Shown here: positions 40,296 through 50,269 of the stretch, piece after piece | Numbering within the stretch: position 1 is the stretch's first letter | How the letters are laid out: every line of letters starts with the position of its first letter | Source: Porphyridium purpureum | Lineage: Eukaryota | Assembly (NCBI GenBank): GCA_008690995.1 | Contig: VRMN01000002.1 | Span: 1,488,001-1,552,000 of the forward strand | Reading direction: 5' to 3' | DNA: 64,000 nucleotides | Notes under the pieces: model-generated | Databases searched by the model: none | What the model was told of the DNA's origin: nothing | The model's input: only the letters and a program-made list of their open reading frames with translations | Made by a program: the position numbers and the translations under genes

Positions 40296-40507
40296 CGCTC
40301 ATCTTCTTCCCCAACGCCCCAAAGCAACTTTCCGCGCGCCGTTTTCTCTTTTGACCAACTCACACCTCTTCGTCGAGCCAGCGCGTGCCTTACAAACAGC
40401 CTCGGCGCCTTCTGAAAAGACAACGCGGTGTCGCTTTACTGCATAAATAGATGATTTCTAAATGTTGCCGCCGATCCGATACGTGGATGGTGGTGCATGG
40501 CGCAGCG

Positions 40508-41437
40508 CTAGCTTCTCTGCTTCCCGCTCTTGCACTCGGCGCATCGCCAGCGGCCCTTTGGCGGCGCGCTGAGCCCGACGCATTGGTAGTGAAACCATTC
40601 GTACGGGCAATTTTCGTTCTCGCACGCCACCATCTCACCGTAGCTTACCTGGTTGCACATACAGTAGCGCGGTTCGTCAGGGTCCAGCGCGAGATTATTG
40701 TCAATAATGACCACGGTGTTGCCGGCGTCGCCTTGTAGAGCGGACGCATTGGCGGGTCGTTGGTTCGGAGCATTGTGCGTGGTGACGCCCTTGGGTCTCG
40801 CACGCGGCGACGCGGACGGACTTGGAGCAAAGCCTTTGTTGCCATTCGCGTGCTCTTCATCCGGCCATCGGTTCTCGCGCCTCAAATACTCTTCAAACTG
40901 GAACATTGAATCCTCGAGCGAACGCATGTATCCGTCCAATCGCGCGGTGCATTGCTGCACAATCGCGGTCTTCTTTGCGCTCAGATCCATCCCCTGCTTC
41001 TCGAGGGCCGACAGCTCGGCCAAACTTTTCTTCAGCTTCTCCGCGAGCTCCTTGGTTGGCGCGGAGGCGGGACCAGACCCAGAAGCGGGGCTGTGGCCCG
41101 ACTTGCTAATCTCGACGGACTGCAGCGCGACGCCGAGCGACGAGGCCACCTTCTTCGCCGAACCGCCTGGCGCAGCGCCCGCAGCCGAGCCAACCGCGGC
41201 AGTACCCGCACCCGACGCGTTGCTTCCTGCTTGCGACGTCTTTGCCGCACTGACCAGCCCGCTGGCGTGACCCTCTGCACGATGCGTCACCTTCACCAAC
41301 GCCACATCCCGCTCGCCCAAATCCCTTGTTGTGTTGTGGAACTCTGTCCGAAAGGCTTCCATCAGCGCGACTGCATCATCTAGAAACGCCGGCACGCGCG
41401 CGTCGTGCCCCATATTCCCGTACGTGCGGTACGCCAT
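40508..41437 (-). CDS. ING-family PHD-finger protein
   Basis: N-terminal ING coiled coil; DPDEPRYCMCNQVSYGEMVACENENCPYEWFHYQCVGL...GRWRCAEC. Confidence 0.92.
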   Translation of the reverse strand: MAYRTYGNMGHDARVPAFLDDAVALMEAFRTEFHNTTRDLGERDVALVKVTHRAEGHASGLVSAAKTSQAGSNASGAGTAAVGSAAGAAPGGSAKKVASSLGVALQSVEISKSGHSPASGSGPASAPTKELAEKLKKSLAELSALEKQGMDLSAKKTAIVQQCTARLDGYMRSLEDSMFQFEEYLRRENRWPDEEHANGNKGFAPSPSASPRARPKGVTTHNAPNQRPANASALQGDAGNTVVIIDNNLALDPDEPRYCMCNQVSYGEMVACENENCPYEWFHYQCVGLSAPPKGRWRCAECKSGKQRS

Positions 41438-41913
41438 CACATCAACACCACCTCACGCTCTCTTCTCCCCACACCCCCTCCCTCTCGCCATCTACCTCGC
41501 GTCCAACAAAAAAAAAATGAAGAAACGAACGCCGCTTTCTGAATGATGTCAATATGTCATCTTTAATTCTATCATGCCATTGTGTTATCATTTACCATTC
41601 AATGATGCACGTATGTCATCACTACATTCTTCAAGGCCGATCGCCAGGTTCAGTGAGGTTCACTTAGGATTGGGTTGTGGCGCGAAAGAAGGTGAAGGGA
41701 AAGCGCGGTTTTTAGGGTCGTTTTGGTAGTGTTGCGGCGAGACGGGCGCGGGCGAAAGCGTGTGCAAAAGCTGCGTGCAGGATGGACGGTCTTGAGACCA
41801 GCGGCTAGTCCGGAAGGCGGATGATGTGGATGGCAGAGGGAGAGAGAGAGAGAGAAAGTGCATGGTGTGCTGGATAGAGTGGTGAGGTTCTGGGAGAAGA
41901 CAGGTGCTGAGCG

Positions 41914-44862
41914 ATGCTGGCGCTCAGGAAGGCCGTGGAGGTGCATCTGAGATTGCTGAAGGAGTCGGTAAAGGATGACTCGGACGACGCGGAGCGGCGG
42001 CTGGTGGAGCATCGGCGCAAGTTGAGGGATACGGGCGAAAAGGCGCTGAGCGTGGTGATTCGCGAGTCTGCTGGCGCGGAAAAGCCCGGTGTGGACACCA
42101 GCACAGACCAGACGCGCCGCGCAGGCGGTTTCGGCGGTGCGGGATGGAGCGCTGCGTTTCGAGTCGACACGCAGGAGCAGGACGCGCTGCTTGATTCACA
42201 GGAGCAGAAGCGCCGCGATGACGCACAGCAAGTGGCTCGCACACAAGTAGAGATGAACCGGAAAGCGCACGCGCTCAAACGCGGCAGCGCCGGCGTCGCG
42301 GCGGCAGAGGCTAATCGGCGCGCGAAAGGCAAAGGTCATGCGCACGCGCAGGATCCACCGCGGCTGGTTGTCACCTCCGGGAGCGCCTCAACTTCGCAAG
42401 CCTCGCCCGCGCCGGAAAAAGACGTAGAGCAAGCAGTTGGGCTCATATGGAAGCACACGGTCCACGAGGTGCACGAAAAGTATCGCAAACTACTGGACAC
42501 GCACACTCGGTCAGGAGCCGCGCTCGCCGGGCATGTGTCGGAGCTCCACATGGAGTTCCTGCAGTCGAGTTTGGGTTGGTTTCTGCAGCTAGCCTGCTCG
42601 CTACAAACACTGCATCCGCAGCACATTATGGCGCTGGCGCTCGCGCGCCGGAAGCTCTTTCAGTGTTCAGGTGATTTGGCGAGATACATCTGGGTTATGC
42701 GCAGAAACGTCGCCGGTAACGGCGGAAGCCAAAGCTACGGCATGGACCACCGCGCGCTTGCGTCAACATTGTACCATAAGGCACTAATGATAGCGCCGGG
42801 GCATGGCTATCCGTACCATTTACTCGCGACGCTCGCCATGACTGTCGAACAGGACTTGCTGGCAACAAGCTATTACTTATTCAAGGCAGCTCGCGCCGAG
42901 GTCCATCCTACAGTAACCGCATTTCCTCATCTGGGCGCCTTATTCATGAATGTCATGGAGCAGGGCAATGCCCCAAGTAGCAGTTTGAGCGAGCGTGACG
43001 CCGTGATACGATCCGTTCTCTGTCGCTTTGCTTGGGTCGGATACACTGCCACCAAACTGACGCCTGGTTCGGAAAGCTCTCCAAGTGACACGGTCATGCA
43101 GAAGATGTGTGCATACTCAAGCCAGCTTAATCAGTTCATCATTCCATCAGCGTCGGCCTCTGCTCGATTGGTGGATAAATTGCTTCCGCTGGTAAGGAGC
43201 AAGAAGATCGGCTACTGGATATGGACGCAGCTCACCAGTGTAGCGGCTGGTGCGGTGGACATTGCACTTGACGAATCCCGAATCATGTCTGCGGAGGAAG
43301 GACCGCTTGTTGTGCTCCGCAGATTCTGCATAGAGACTTTGGTCGATCTTTGCGAGGTCAGCCTGCATGCAATTTCCTCTTGCATCGCTCAGATAAGGCA
43401 GCACGCCCAAGAAAGCCAAAGTAGCAGCAGCGACCTCATGCCCTTCTCTGCAGAGTGTTGTGACTCGCTCTGCGAATTACTTAGCTGGCTTGTATCCACC
43501 TCGAGGTCTGGCCTGTTCCGAGTAATGTGCAAAGTTGCGGAGGAGGCAAAGGGCATCACAGGCCGGAACAAACTTCTTTCTGGTCGCGATTCTTCGCGCC
43601 TTGGATCGCGACTTTTGAAAGCCATGACAGGATGGAGATCGCTGGTCTTTGACCGCTACGGCGAATTCGCGAATGTTTTTAAGACTGTGGTCGGACAGGA
43701 TAGTCATGGCCGGAGAGAGTTTCGCGTTCGCGTGCAGTGCATGGAGGAATTGCGCTTTGCACAAGAAGAACACTTTTCATTCACTTCCAATCTCAGACCA
43801 AATGGGCTTGTGGGTTGCGGCTTTCTGCCTTCTGACGTGCGCATAATCTTTGAGCACGTTGCTTCCGGAGACTCTATCTGCACTACGTCTCATGATCTTG
43901 CGCTTCACATATGCGCAGAGCTGTCCCGAATTCGTTTGGAAGCTTCGCTCGCGGAACGAGATCAGCGCGCAGATCTTTTACAAGTAGCTCCTGCTTCACT
44001 TGCGATGAATCTGACGCCGGTGACATCGCCCGGGTCGTGGAGCCTTTTCGCAAAGACAAGAGAGGCCACACACTTCTTGTTGTGCAATCACTCGCTTTTG
44101 ATGTCGTTGGACGATTTGGAGGCTTTGGTTTGCCCAAGCACTAAGAATGGTGAACCTGACGTGCAAGCTGCAGCGCAAGGTGTGGAATGGAACACTGACA
44201 AGGCTATACCGCACGACACGGCTTCGACACTTGGGAAAAGGCCGCCACCGCAAACTCTCGTTTCTCAGCAACTGCAGAGTCGAGCTTGTCATGGGCGGAC
44301 CGAACTTGAGGCGCATCTGCTTTCGGACGGCGTTACATCTGACGTCCGAACTCGTGACGCACTGGATGAGCAGAAGGCCGAGCCAAAGCCTCCCGCGATT
44401 GGATCACCCGCGCCATCTAACGGCTCTGTGCAGCCAAGTAGAGCGCAGGCGGAGTCACAGCAAAGTCAGCCTCCAGACCATGTGACAGATGCTCACCCGC
44501 TCACGGCAACTTCTCTAAAGGAGCATCCTCCAGACACCGAGCCCAGCGGTCGCACAGCGCCTCCGGAGGTGCACGACAAGACCAGAGTTCCGGAGTCCTC
44601 GAGACCAGTCACGGAAGATGACGCGCTTATCGTCATTGTCGGGAAGCGCAAGCGCGAACACGACGACACATCTGCAGGGGAAGACTCTGCCCGCGCGGAT
44701 CCTGCTCGGCGTCGTTCTGCGCCGCTCGTGCCCTACCCAGAAACGCAGCCGCACGACGATTCTGAAACTCAGAGCCCGTCCCAGGTACAGGAGCACAGCC
44801 ACCAAGACCGTCCATACACAGAGACGCGAGCCGGTGCTTCAGCTGCGAAAGGCATCGGATGA
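41914..44862 (+). CDS. Est1/SMG5-6-7 family protein (14-3-3-like TPR domain)
   Basis: GDLARY...YHKALMIAPGHGYPYHLLATLA...YYLFKA, the Est1 domain signature; low-complexity C-terminus. Confidence 0.7.
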   Translation: MLALRKAVEVHLRLLKESVKDDSDDAERRLVEHRRKLRDTGEKALSVVIRESAGAEKPGVDTSTDQTRRAGGFGGAGWSAAFRVDTQEQDALLDSQEQKRRDDAQQVARTQVEMNRKAHALKRGSAGVAAAEANRRAKGKGHAHAQDPPRLVVTSGSASTSQASPAPEKDVEQAVGLIWKHTVHEVHEKYRKLLDTHTRSGAALAGHVSELHMEFLQSSLGWFLQLACSLQTLHPQHIMALALARRKLFQCSGDLARYIWVMRRNVAGNGGSQSYGMDHRALASTLYHKALMIAPGHGYPYHLLATLAMTVEQDLLATSYYLFKAARAEVHPTVTAFPHLGALFMNVMEQGNAPSSSLSERDAVIRSVLCRFAWVGYTATKLTPGSESSPSDTVMQKMCAYSSQLNQFIIPSASASARLVDKLLPLVRSKKIGYWIWTQLTSVAAGAVDIALDESRIMSAEEGPLVVLRRFCIETLVDLCEVSLHAISSCIAQIRQHAQESQSSSSDLMPFSAECCDSLCELLSWLVSTSRSGLFRVMCKVAEEAKGITGRNKLLSGRDSSRLGSRLLKAMTGWRSLVFDRYGEFANVFKTVVGQDSHGRREFRVRVQCMEELRFAQEEHFSFTSNLRPNGLVGCGFLPSDVRIIFEHVASGDSICTTSHDLALHICAELSRIRLEASLAERDQRADLLQVAPASLAMNLTPVTSPGSWSLFAKTREATHFLLCNHSLLMSLDDLEALVCPSTKNGEPDVQAAAQGVEWNTDKAIPHDTASTLGKRPPPQTLVSQQLQSRACHGRTELEAHLLSDGVTSDVRTRDALDEQKAEPKPPAIGSPAPSNGSVQPSRAQAESQQSQPPDHVTDAHPLTATSLKEHPPDTEPSGRTAPPEVHDKTRVPESSRPVTEDDALIVIVGKRKREHDDTSAGEDSARADPARRRSAPLVPYPETQPHDDSETQSPSQVQEHSHQDRPYTETRAGASAAKGIG

Positions 44863-45063
44863 GGCCGCGACCATCAGGCTGAGTCGATCTGAGCGCAGCT
44901 CGCATTAGGGTACGCGGTGGGTGTACTGTAATCTTTCGAGGGGTACAGCTCCGGTCAAAACCTCGCTGCGGGCTGTGGAGTGGGCGGGATAGAGAAAGAG
45001 GAGGTCGCATGGGTTGGTGGTAGCGGCGCGCGTGGGCGAAGAAAGAAGCGCGGAGAACTCAGA

Positions 45064-46314
45064 ATGCCTGCGCTGGCCTTGTTTGCGGCCGCGCCGTCGC
45101 ACGTACTATCGCTGAAGGCGTCGCTGTGTGCGTGCCCAACAAAGTGGGGTTATGGCACGTTTGCAACCACGTCCGCGCCGTTGGCCGGGACCGCGCGCCG
45201 AGTGAAGCGAACTAGGTTGCATGTGCACGGCGTATCTAGGGTGGTCGTCACGTGCCAGTCGGGTTCGGCAGCGGGTGGAGAGGATAGAGAGAAGGACCAG
45301 GAGAAGGCGCAGGGTCGCGATATTTTTGCAGACCGGTCGGACTCTGGTACGCGGGACATTGAGTTTGATGTGGCGTCCTCGTATTCGAGCTCCGCTGAGG
45401 ATGGCCGAGAGGGACAGAAAGGGGACGTGGGGAGCGACGACAGTGATGATGAGCGCGAATCTTCGAGCCCATTGTTTGCACTGATAAGAGATGTTCCGCC
45501 GCCCGAACTTGTTGCACGCTTTGCAAAGACTGCGCCGCCACAAGTGCAGGATGCATTCAAGGCGACACTCCGAGGGATGCTGGGTACCTTGTCTCCGGCA
45601 TTGTACACGATATCGCTGCGCACCGTGACGGCCAACCTTGTGCAACTCATGCAGTCGTGCATCCTGAATGGCTATCTACTGCGCAACGTTGCGTATCGCG
45701 TGTCCCTGGCCAAGTCACTCGAGAATACCGACAGCAGTTCGCAGAACTATAAATCTTTGCCACAGAGCAACGGCTCTGAATCAGAGGATGATGATGGAGG
45801 CAAAAGCAGTGAAACGCTCGCGCGCTTTCCGTCCTTGCCCAATGTCGAACCGCAAATTCAGGACGGGGTTGCGCGTTTTGATGCCGGCAACGGGAATACG
45901 GTGGAAATCCCTGTGGAGCAGTACATTAGTGAGATGCGCACCGAGGTCGAGTCGCTCAAAAAGGAGATCAAACGCCTGAGGGAAGAGGATGGGACTGACT
46001 TGGTCAAGTATATACAGAAAATGGAACCGGACAACTTGCAGGAGCTTACACAGTCCGCAGGTGCCGAGGTGGTCGATGCGATGAACAAAGTTGTGAGCGC
46101 CGTGCTTCAAAGCCAGCGGCTGCCACCGAATCCGCTTGCGGCGGTGGAAACAAATGCCTCGGAGCTAGGCCAGCTTTTATTCTGGCTCATGGTCGTCGGG
46201 TTTTACCTGCGCGAGGCTGAGGTAAAGCTTGGACTCACTCAGAACTTTAAAATGTTCACGGCATTCAGTGAGGACGGCTCGGACCCAGGAGCATCGCCGA
46301 AGAAGGCGAATTAA
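45064..46314 (+). CDS. DUF760 protein (plant UV-B-induced-protein-like), predicted plastid-targeted
   Basis: Two DUF760-like repeats: LVQLMQSCILNGYLLRNVAYR and ELGQLLFWLMVVGFYLREAEVK. Confidence 0.8.
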   Translation: MPALALFAAAPSHVLSLKASLCACPTKWGYGTFATTSAPLAGTARRVKRTRLHVHGVSRVVVTCQSGSAAGGEDREKDQEKAQGRDIFADRSDSGTRDIEFDVASSYSSSAEDGREGQKGDVGSDDSDDERESSSPLFALIRDVPPPELVARFAKTAPPQVQDAFKATLRGMLGTLSPALYTISLRTVTANLVQLMQSCILNGYLLRNVAYRVSLAKSLENTDSSSQNYKSLPQSNGSESEDDDGGKSSETLARFPSLPNVEPQIQDGVARFDAGNGNTVEIPVEQYISEMRTEVESLKKEIKRLREEDGTDLVKYIQKMEPDNLQELTQSAGAEVVDAMNKVVSAVLQSQRLPPNPLAAVETNASELGQLLFWLMVVGFYLREAEVKLGLTQNFKMFTAFSEDGSDPGASPKKAN

Positions 46315-46395
46315 TCCGAATTCGGCTGAATTCTGAAATAGGCAACTGGTTCTTAGTTGAAAGGAAAACGGTCTTCCCAGCTCATTTTTTTGTGA

Positions 46396-48219
46396 CTATA
46401 TACTTAGTACACTCAGATCGAGCTCCTTTCTAAACTGTTCGAAAAACGGTTTCAAGGCGTCAAGAATCTCTGTGCATCCGTTGACCATGCTGCTTTCTAC
46501 ATTCATGGCGAGCAAAGGGTCGTGCAGGCTGGAGCGTAACAGTACCCATCCCACATCGCCGTCAGCCTGCGCCACCGTAAATCGATATCCTTCGTAGTTT
46601 TCTGCCTCAGCGGTCCATCCGTCAAGATTGCTGCAGAACGTCTCAAAGGCGGCGAGAATTGTTTTCTGGTGGTCCGAAAAATGCGCCTTCGCCTCCTCCT
46701 TAAACTTGATGCGGAATTCTTTTTCATCTGCGGGCTGCTCCATTTCGGCCAGTAATTCGCCCATGGCGCGCTTATTGCCTGTCTCACGGTACAAACGGAC
46801 CATTTCTATCAGGATCTTCACCGCAAGGTACGCACCATCATCGAGCATATAGTTTTCGTTCATCGCGCCGTGTCCAGACGTTTCGATCGCCAGGGGAGTG
46901 TTCACACCTTGCGCATTCAGTTCGAGGGCCTTATCGATGACATTCTTGTACCCTCGCTTGTACCGGAAATGCTTCCCACCTCGTGCTTCAATGAATTTTT
47001 TGAGGCCCAGTGAGGTGACCGAGTCTGTCACAATGGTCGCGCCGGGCGTTTCGCGCAGCACAATCGCAGATAAGAGACCAATCAGCTTGTTTCGGTTGAT
47101 TTCCTCGCCAGTGTGGCCAGCTACTACCGCCGAGCGGTCAACATCAGTGTCAAACACAATCCCGAGATCCGCACGGTTGTCCAAGGTTGCACGCACGGTG
47201 GCGTGCATGGCGTCCGGGTCCTCTGGATTCGGCACATGGTTCGGGAACGTGCCGTCCGGCTCCAGGTACTGTGAGCCAGACGTGTCAGCGCCCAGCTTCT
47301 GCAAGACCTTTGTCGCGAAGAAGCCGCCCGCACCGTTCCCCGCGTCCACAATTACATGGAAGTCTCGCAGCGGCTTGTCGTACTGGTCAGCATCATTTAC
47401 GCCCGCGCGAATTTTTTCCACGAGAATGTCTGCGTACACGCTCAAAAAGTCTACCGAGCGCTGCACGCGCGCCTGGTCAAGGCTTTCCCACGAAGAGGCC
47501 AGTGATGGCCCTTGCCCGGAAATCAGGTCAAACGCCGTTTCCACCAGCTCGCTGATCATAGCCTTTGAGGCCCCGCCTTGCGCGGTGAAATACTTGATCC
47601 CGTTTCGCTCTGGTGGCAAGTGGCTTGCAGTGAGCATCATGGCGCCATCGACCATGAAGCCTTCCGTGATGGTGGACATAAACATCGCCGGCGTGGTCGC
47701 GAGCCCCACATCCAGGACTTTCCCGACGCCGGCCTGCAGAGCCCCGGACGCCACGGCTAACGCTATACTATCACCAGTAATTCTCGAGTCCCGGCCAATG
47801 GACACACTCAGTTCTGCCGGCGCCTTGCCTTTGATGCGGGCCAACTGGACAACAAACGCGTAGCCCAACGCCGCGCAGCGCTCCAAGGTGAGATTTACTT
47901 CATGTTCGGCTGCGAGCTTCACTGCGACCCCACGCATGTCCGAGCCATTTTGCAGCGCCTTGAGCGCTGCAAACTCTGCATCCATATTCACTGCCGCAGC
48001 TGACGCGGACCGGGCCGTCGACGCGTCTGCCATTTCCACGCGCGGAGGCCGCACCATCCTGCACGGCCTGCACAGGGCGCCCCCACGCCTGCCATACTGC
48101 GCGTCCAGGGCACACGTCTGTTCCACAACAGCCCGTCCATAAGCGTCACCACCCAGATCCCATCTTCTTATCGACACACTCGGCAAACCGCCAACAAAAC
48201 ACACCGGCTTGTGATCCAT
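46396..48219 (-). CDS. Alpha-D-phosphohexomutase (PMM/PGM-like), predicted plastid-targeted
   Basis: LQNGSDMRG, TASHLP (phospho-Ser), FDTDVDR (metal loop), IETSGH. Confidence 0.92.
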   Translation of the reverse strand: MDHKPVCFVGGLPSVSIRRWDLGGDAYGRAVVEQTCALDAQYGRRGGALCRPCRMVRPPRVEMADASTARSASAAAVNMDAEFAALKALQNGSDMRGVAVKLAAEHEVNLTLERCAALGYAFVVQLARIKGKAPAELSVSIGRDSRITGDSIALAVASGALQAGVGKVLDVGLATTPAMFMSTITEGFMVDGAMMLTASHLPPERNGIKYFTAQGGASKAMISELVETAFDLISGQGPSLASSWESLDQARVQRSVDFLSVYADILVEKIRAGVNDADQYDKPLRDFHVIVDAGNGAGGFFATKVLQKLGADTSGSQYLEPDGTFPNHVPNPEDPDAMHATVRATLDNRADLGIVFDTDVDRSAVVAGHTGEEINRNKLIGLLSAIVLRETPGATIVTDSVTSLGLKKFIEARGGKHFRYKRGYKNVIDKALELNAQGVNTPLAIETSGHGAMNENYMLDDGAYLAVKILIEMVRLYRETGNKRAMGELLAEMEQPADEKEFRIKFKEEAKAHFSDHQKTILAAFETFCSNLDGWTAEAENYEGYRFTVAQADGDVGWVLLRSSLHDPLLAMNVESSMVNGCTEILDALKPFFEQFRKELDLSVLSI

Positions 48220-48851
48220 GCTCGCGTGTCGCACCCCCTCACCTCCAACCGACCGACTCAACTCCAATCGTCAAGCGCCACACCACAAGCCGCTGTTCTC
48301 CAACACCACAGCTGAAAAGCACACACCCTCAGACCCCAGCCTCCCTAGACGTTCGAACCAGCACGGATATATCCTTCCTCCCCCTTTCCTTCCTATCGCC
48401 ACCTCCCAACCTCATCACCCTCACCGCGTTCTTTTATACCGAGCCGCAGCGCAGCGCACCCACGTCCCGCTTCCGAAAACGGTTTGCACACTGAACACTA
48501 CCAACAAGTACCAACTGAACACTATCCCGCCAGACACAAGCATAGAAAAACACCCACGCGCGCATACGAAACATCGGAACATCGAAAAACATATCGCCAT
48601 GGAGAAACGCGCGACGTGAAAAAAAGGCGCGGTTCGCGGCGTTATTTTAATCGTGGGAGGCGGTTAAAAAAAAAAACGGCGCGTGTCGCGAGCGATGCGG
48701 GTGTGATGACGAGGGAAGAGGGAGGAGGGAGATAGAGATCGAGAGAGAGGAGAGAGGAGAGGAGAAGAGAGGAGAGAAAAGAAAGGAGGGGGTTAGGTGT
48801 GTGAGTGGATAGGGCGGCGGTGCGCAGAAGATCGGAGGGGTTGTGGGCAAG

Positions 48852-50066
48852 ATGCCGCTGGAGTTCCGCGTGGAATGCGTGCTGAATTGGGCGCGCGAGG
48901 ATTATTGGAAGATCATGTCGTTCGGTGGGTTCCTGGATTTCTTGGTCAAGGATGGGTGCTTGAAGCGCATCTCGGCGACCGAGCCCGAGTTTCATGACGA
49001 CGAGCAGGTGTTTCGGCGGATACGCACGTACGTGCCGCGCCACGTCGAGGCACCAGATATGGTCATGCGGGTCATTGGCGACTCGATGCTCGAGGTGCAC
49101 GATCATCAGCGCTGGAATCAGGCCACAAAGCCGTTCCATGTCGACTTTGAGATTCGGCCCACCTTTCTCAGAGAATTCATCGAAACAAAAGGGTATCTCT
49201 CGCTTGGAGCGTACGAGATACCGACAGCAGAGCCCGACGCGGCCGTCGTGGACGTCGCCGAACCGGGAGCCAATGAAGAAGCGGGGCCCCTTGCCCCAGA
49301 AGGAACTGAAGAGGACCGATTGCAGCCAGACACTGCGCAGGAGGACGTGCCGGAAAAGGAGGCCGGCGGTGCTCAAACCACCACGAGTAGTGCAGGGAGC
49401 AGTCCGCCGGCGACAATGCACACTGTCAGCGGCGTCTGCCAAGTGAATATGTTCTATGTTGGGTACTATCTCGAGCAGGCCGTCAAGCAAAACATGGTCA
49501 AATTCTACCACATGTACCCGCAGCACTGTGCCAACTTTAAGCACTACGTGGTGGAAAAGGTGAAGCAGAGGAGAAAACGCGCGAGCGAAACCGAGTCGAA
49601 GAGCGTGCGTGTGGGCCAGTCGATGGATAATTTGAGCGACGTAATGGCAGACGTTGCCGTGGATGACGAAGCGGAAGCAGAGAAAGTCTCTGCTGCGCCC
49701 GAGGCAGAGGCAGAGGCAGAGGCAGACGCGGTATCCAAGGAGAAGACTGACAAGGAAGTCGATCGGAAGGATTCGCCTGCGGTATCGTCGAAGGATTCAA
49801 TGCTGCGAACAACCTCTATGCGCGACGCATCGTCCAGCAAACTTGGCAAGGTGGTTGTGACGCAGGAAAAGACTCCTGACGGGCGCACCGTGGATGTCAT
49901 TTCAGTGCCGCCGCAAGAGTTCGAGGAGCCCGAGCTCCCAGAGGGCGAATCGTTCTCGATGATTTTGGAGGAGTATCTCATTATGCACACTTTAGTTTCG
50001 GAGGGCGTCCAAACAGAGCATTTGTTCGAAGTCTCCGAAGGCACTGGGACGGAGGATCTTGCGTAG
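48852..50066 (+). CDS. Uncharacterised protein, possibly DUF2505/START (helix-grip)-like domain with acidic insertions
   Basis: 404-aa ORF; beta-strand pattern ending in HTVSGVCQVNMFYVGYYLEQAVKQNMVKFY plus a long helix. Confidence 0.5.
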   Translation: MPLEFRVECVLNWAREDYWKIMSFGGFLDFLVKDGCLKRISATEPEFHDDEQVFRRIRTYVPRHVEAPDMVMRVIGDSMLEVHDHQRWNQATKPFHVDFEIRPTFLREFIETKGYLSLGAYEIPTAEPDAAVVDVAEPGANEEAGPLAPEGTEEDRLQPDTAQEDVPEKEAGGAQTTTSSAGSSPPATMHTVSGVCQVNMFYVGYYLEQAVKQNMVKFYHMYPQHCANFKHYVVEKVKQRRKRASETESKSVRVGQSMDNLSDVMADVAVDDEAEAEKVSAAPEAEAEAEADAVSKEKTDKEVDRKDSPAVSSKDSMLRTTSMRDASSSKLGKVVVTQEKTPDGRTVDVISVPPQEFEEPELPEGESFSMILEEYLIMHTLVSEGVQTEHLFEVSEGTGTEDLA

Positions 50067-50269
50067 GCCAGATGCGCGGGTGAATAGGGCAGGGCATCGA
50101 CCACTTCACACCACGGGACTTCTCGCCTCGAAATTCTTGAGCTGACGCTAGAATTCAAAAGAGAGCTCAGTCCACAATGAGAGATGCAAGCTCTTCCGAT
50201 GTTTGGTTTGGTTTAGCGTGCTTCTCCCCTCTTGCGCAATGCCGACGTCGCGAACGAAAAGATCGACGT

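Noticed and set aside
48715..48800. GA-rich tracts (also near 34725, 35070, 41840)
   Set aside because: Ordinary simple repeats in 5' flanks, not an array or mobile element
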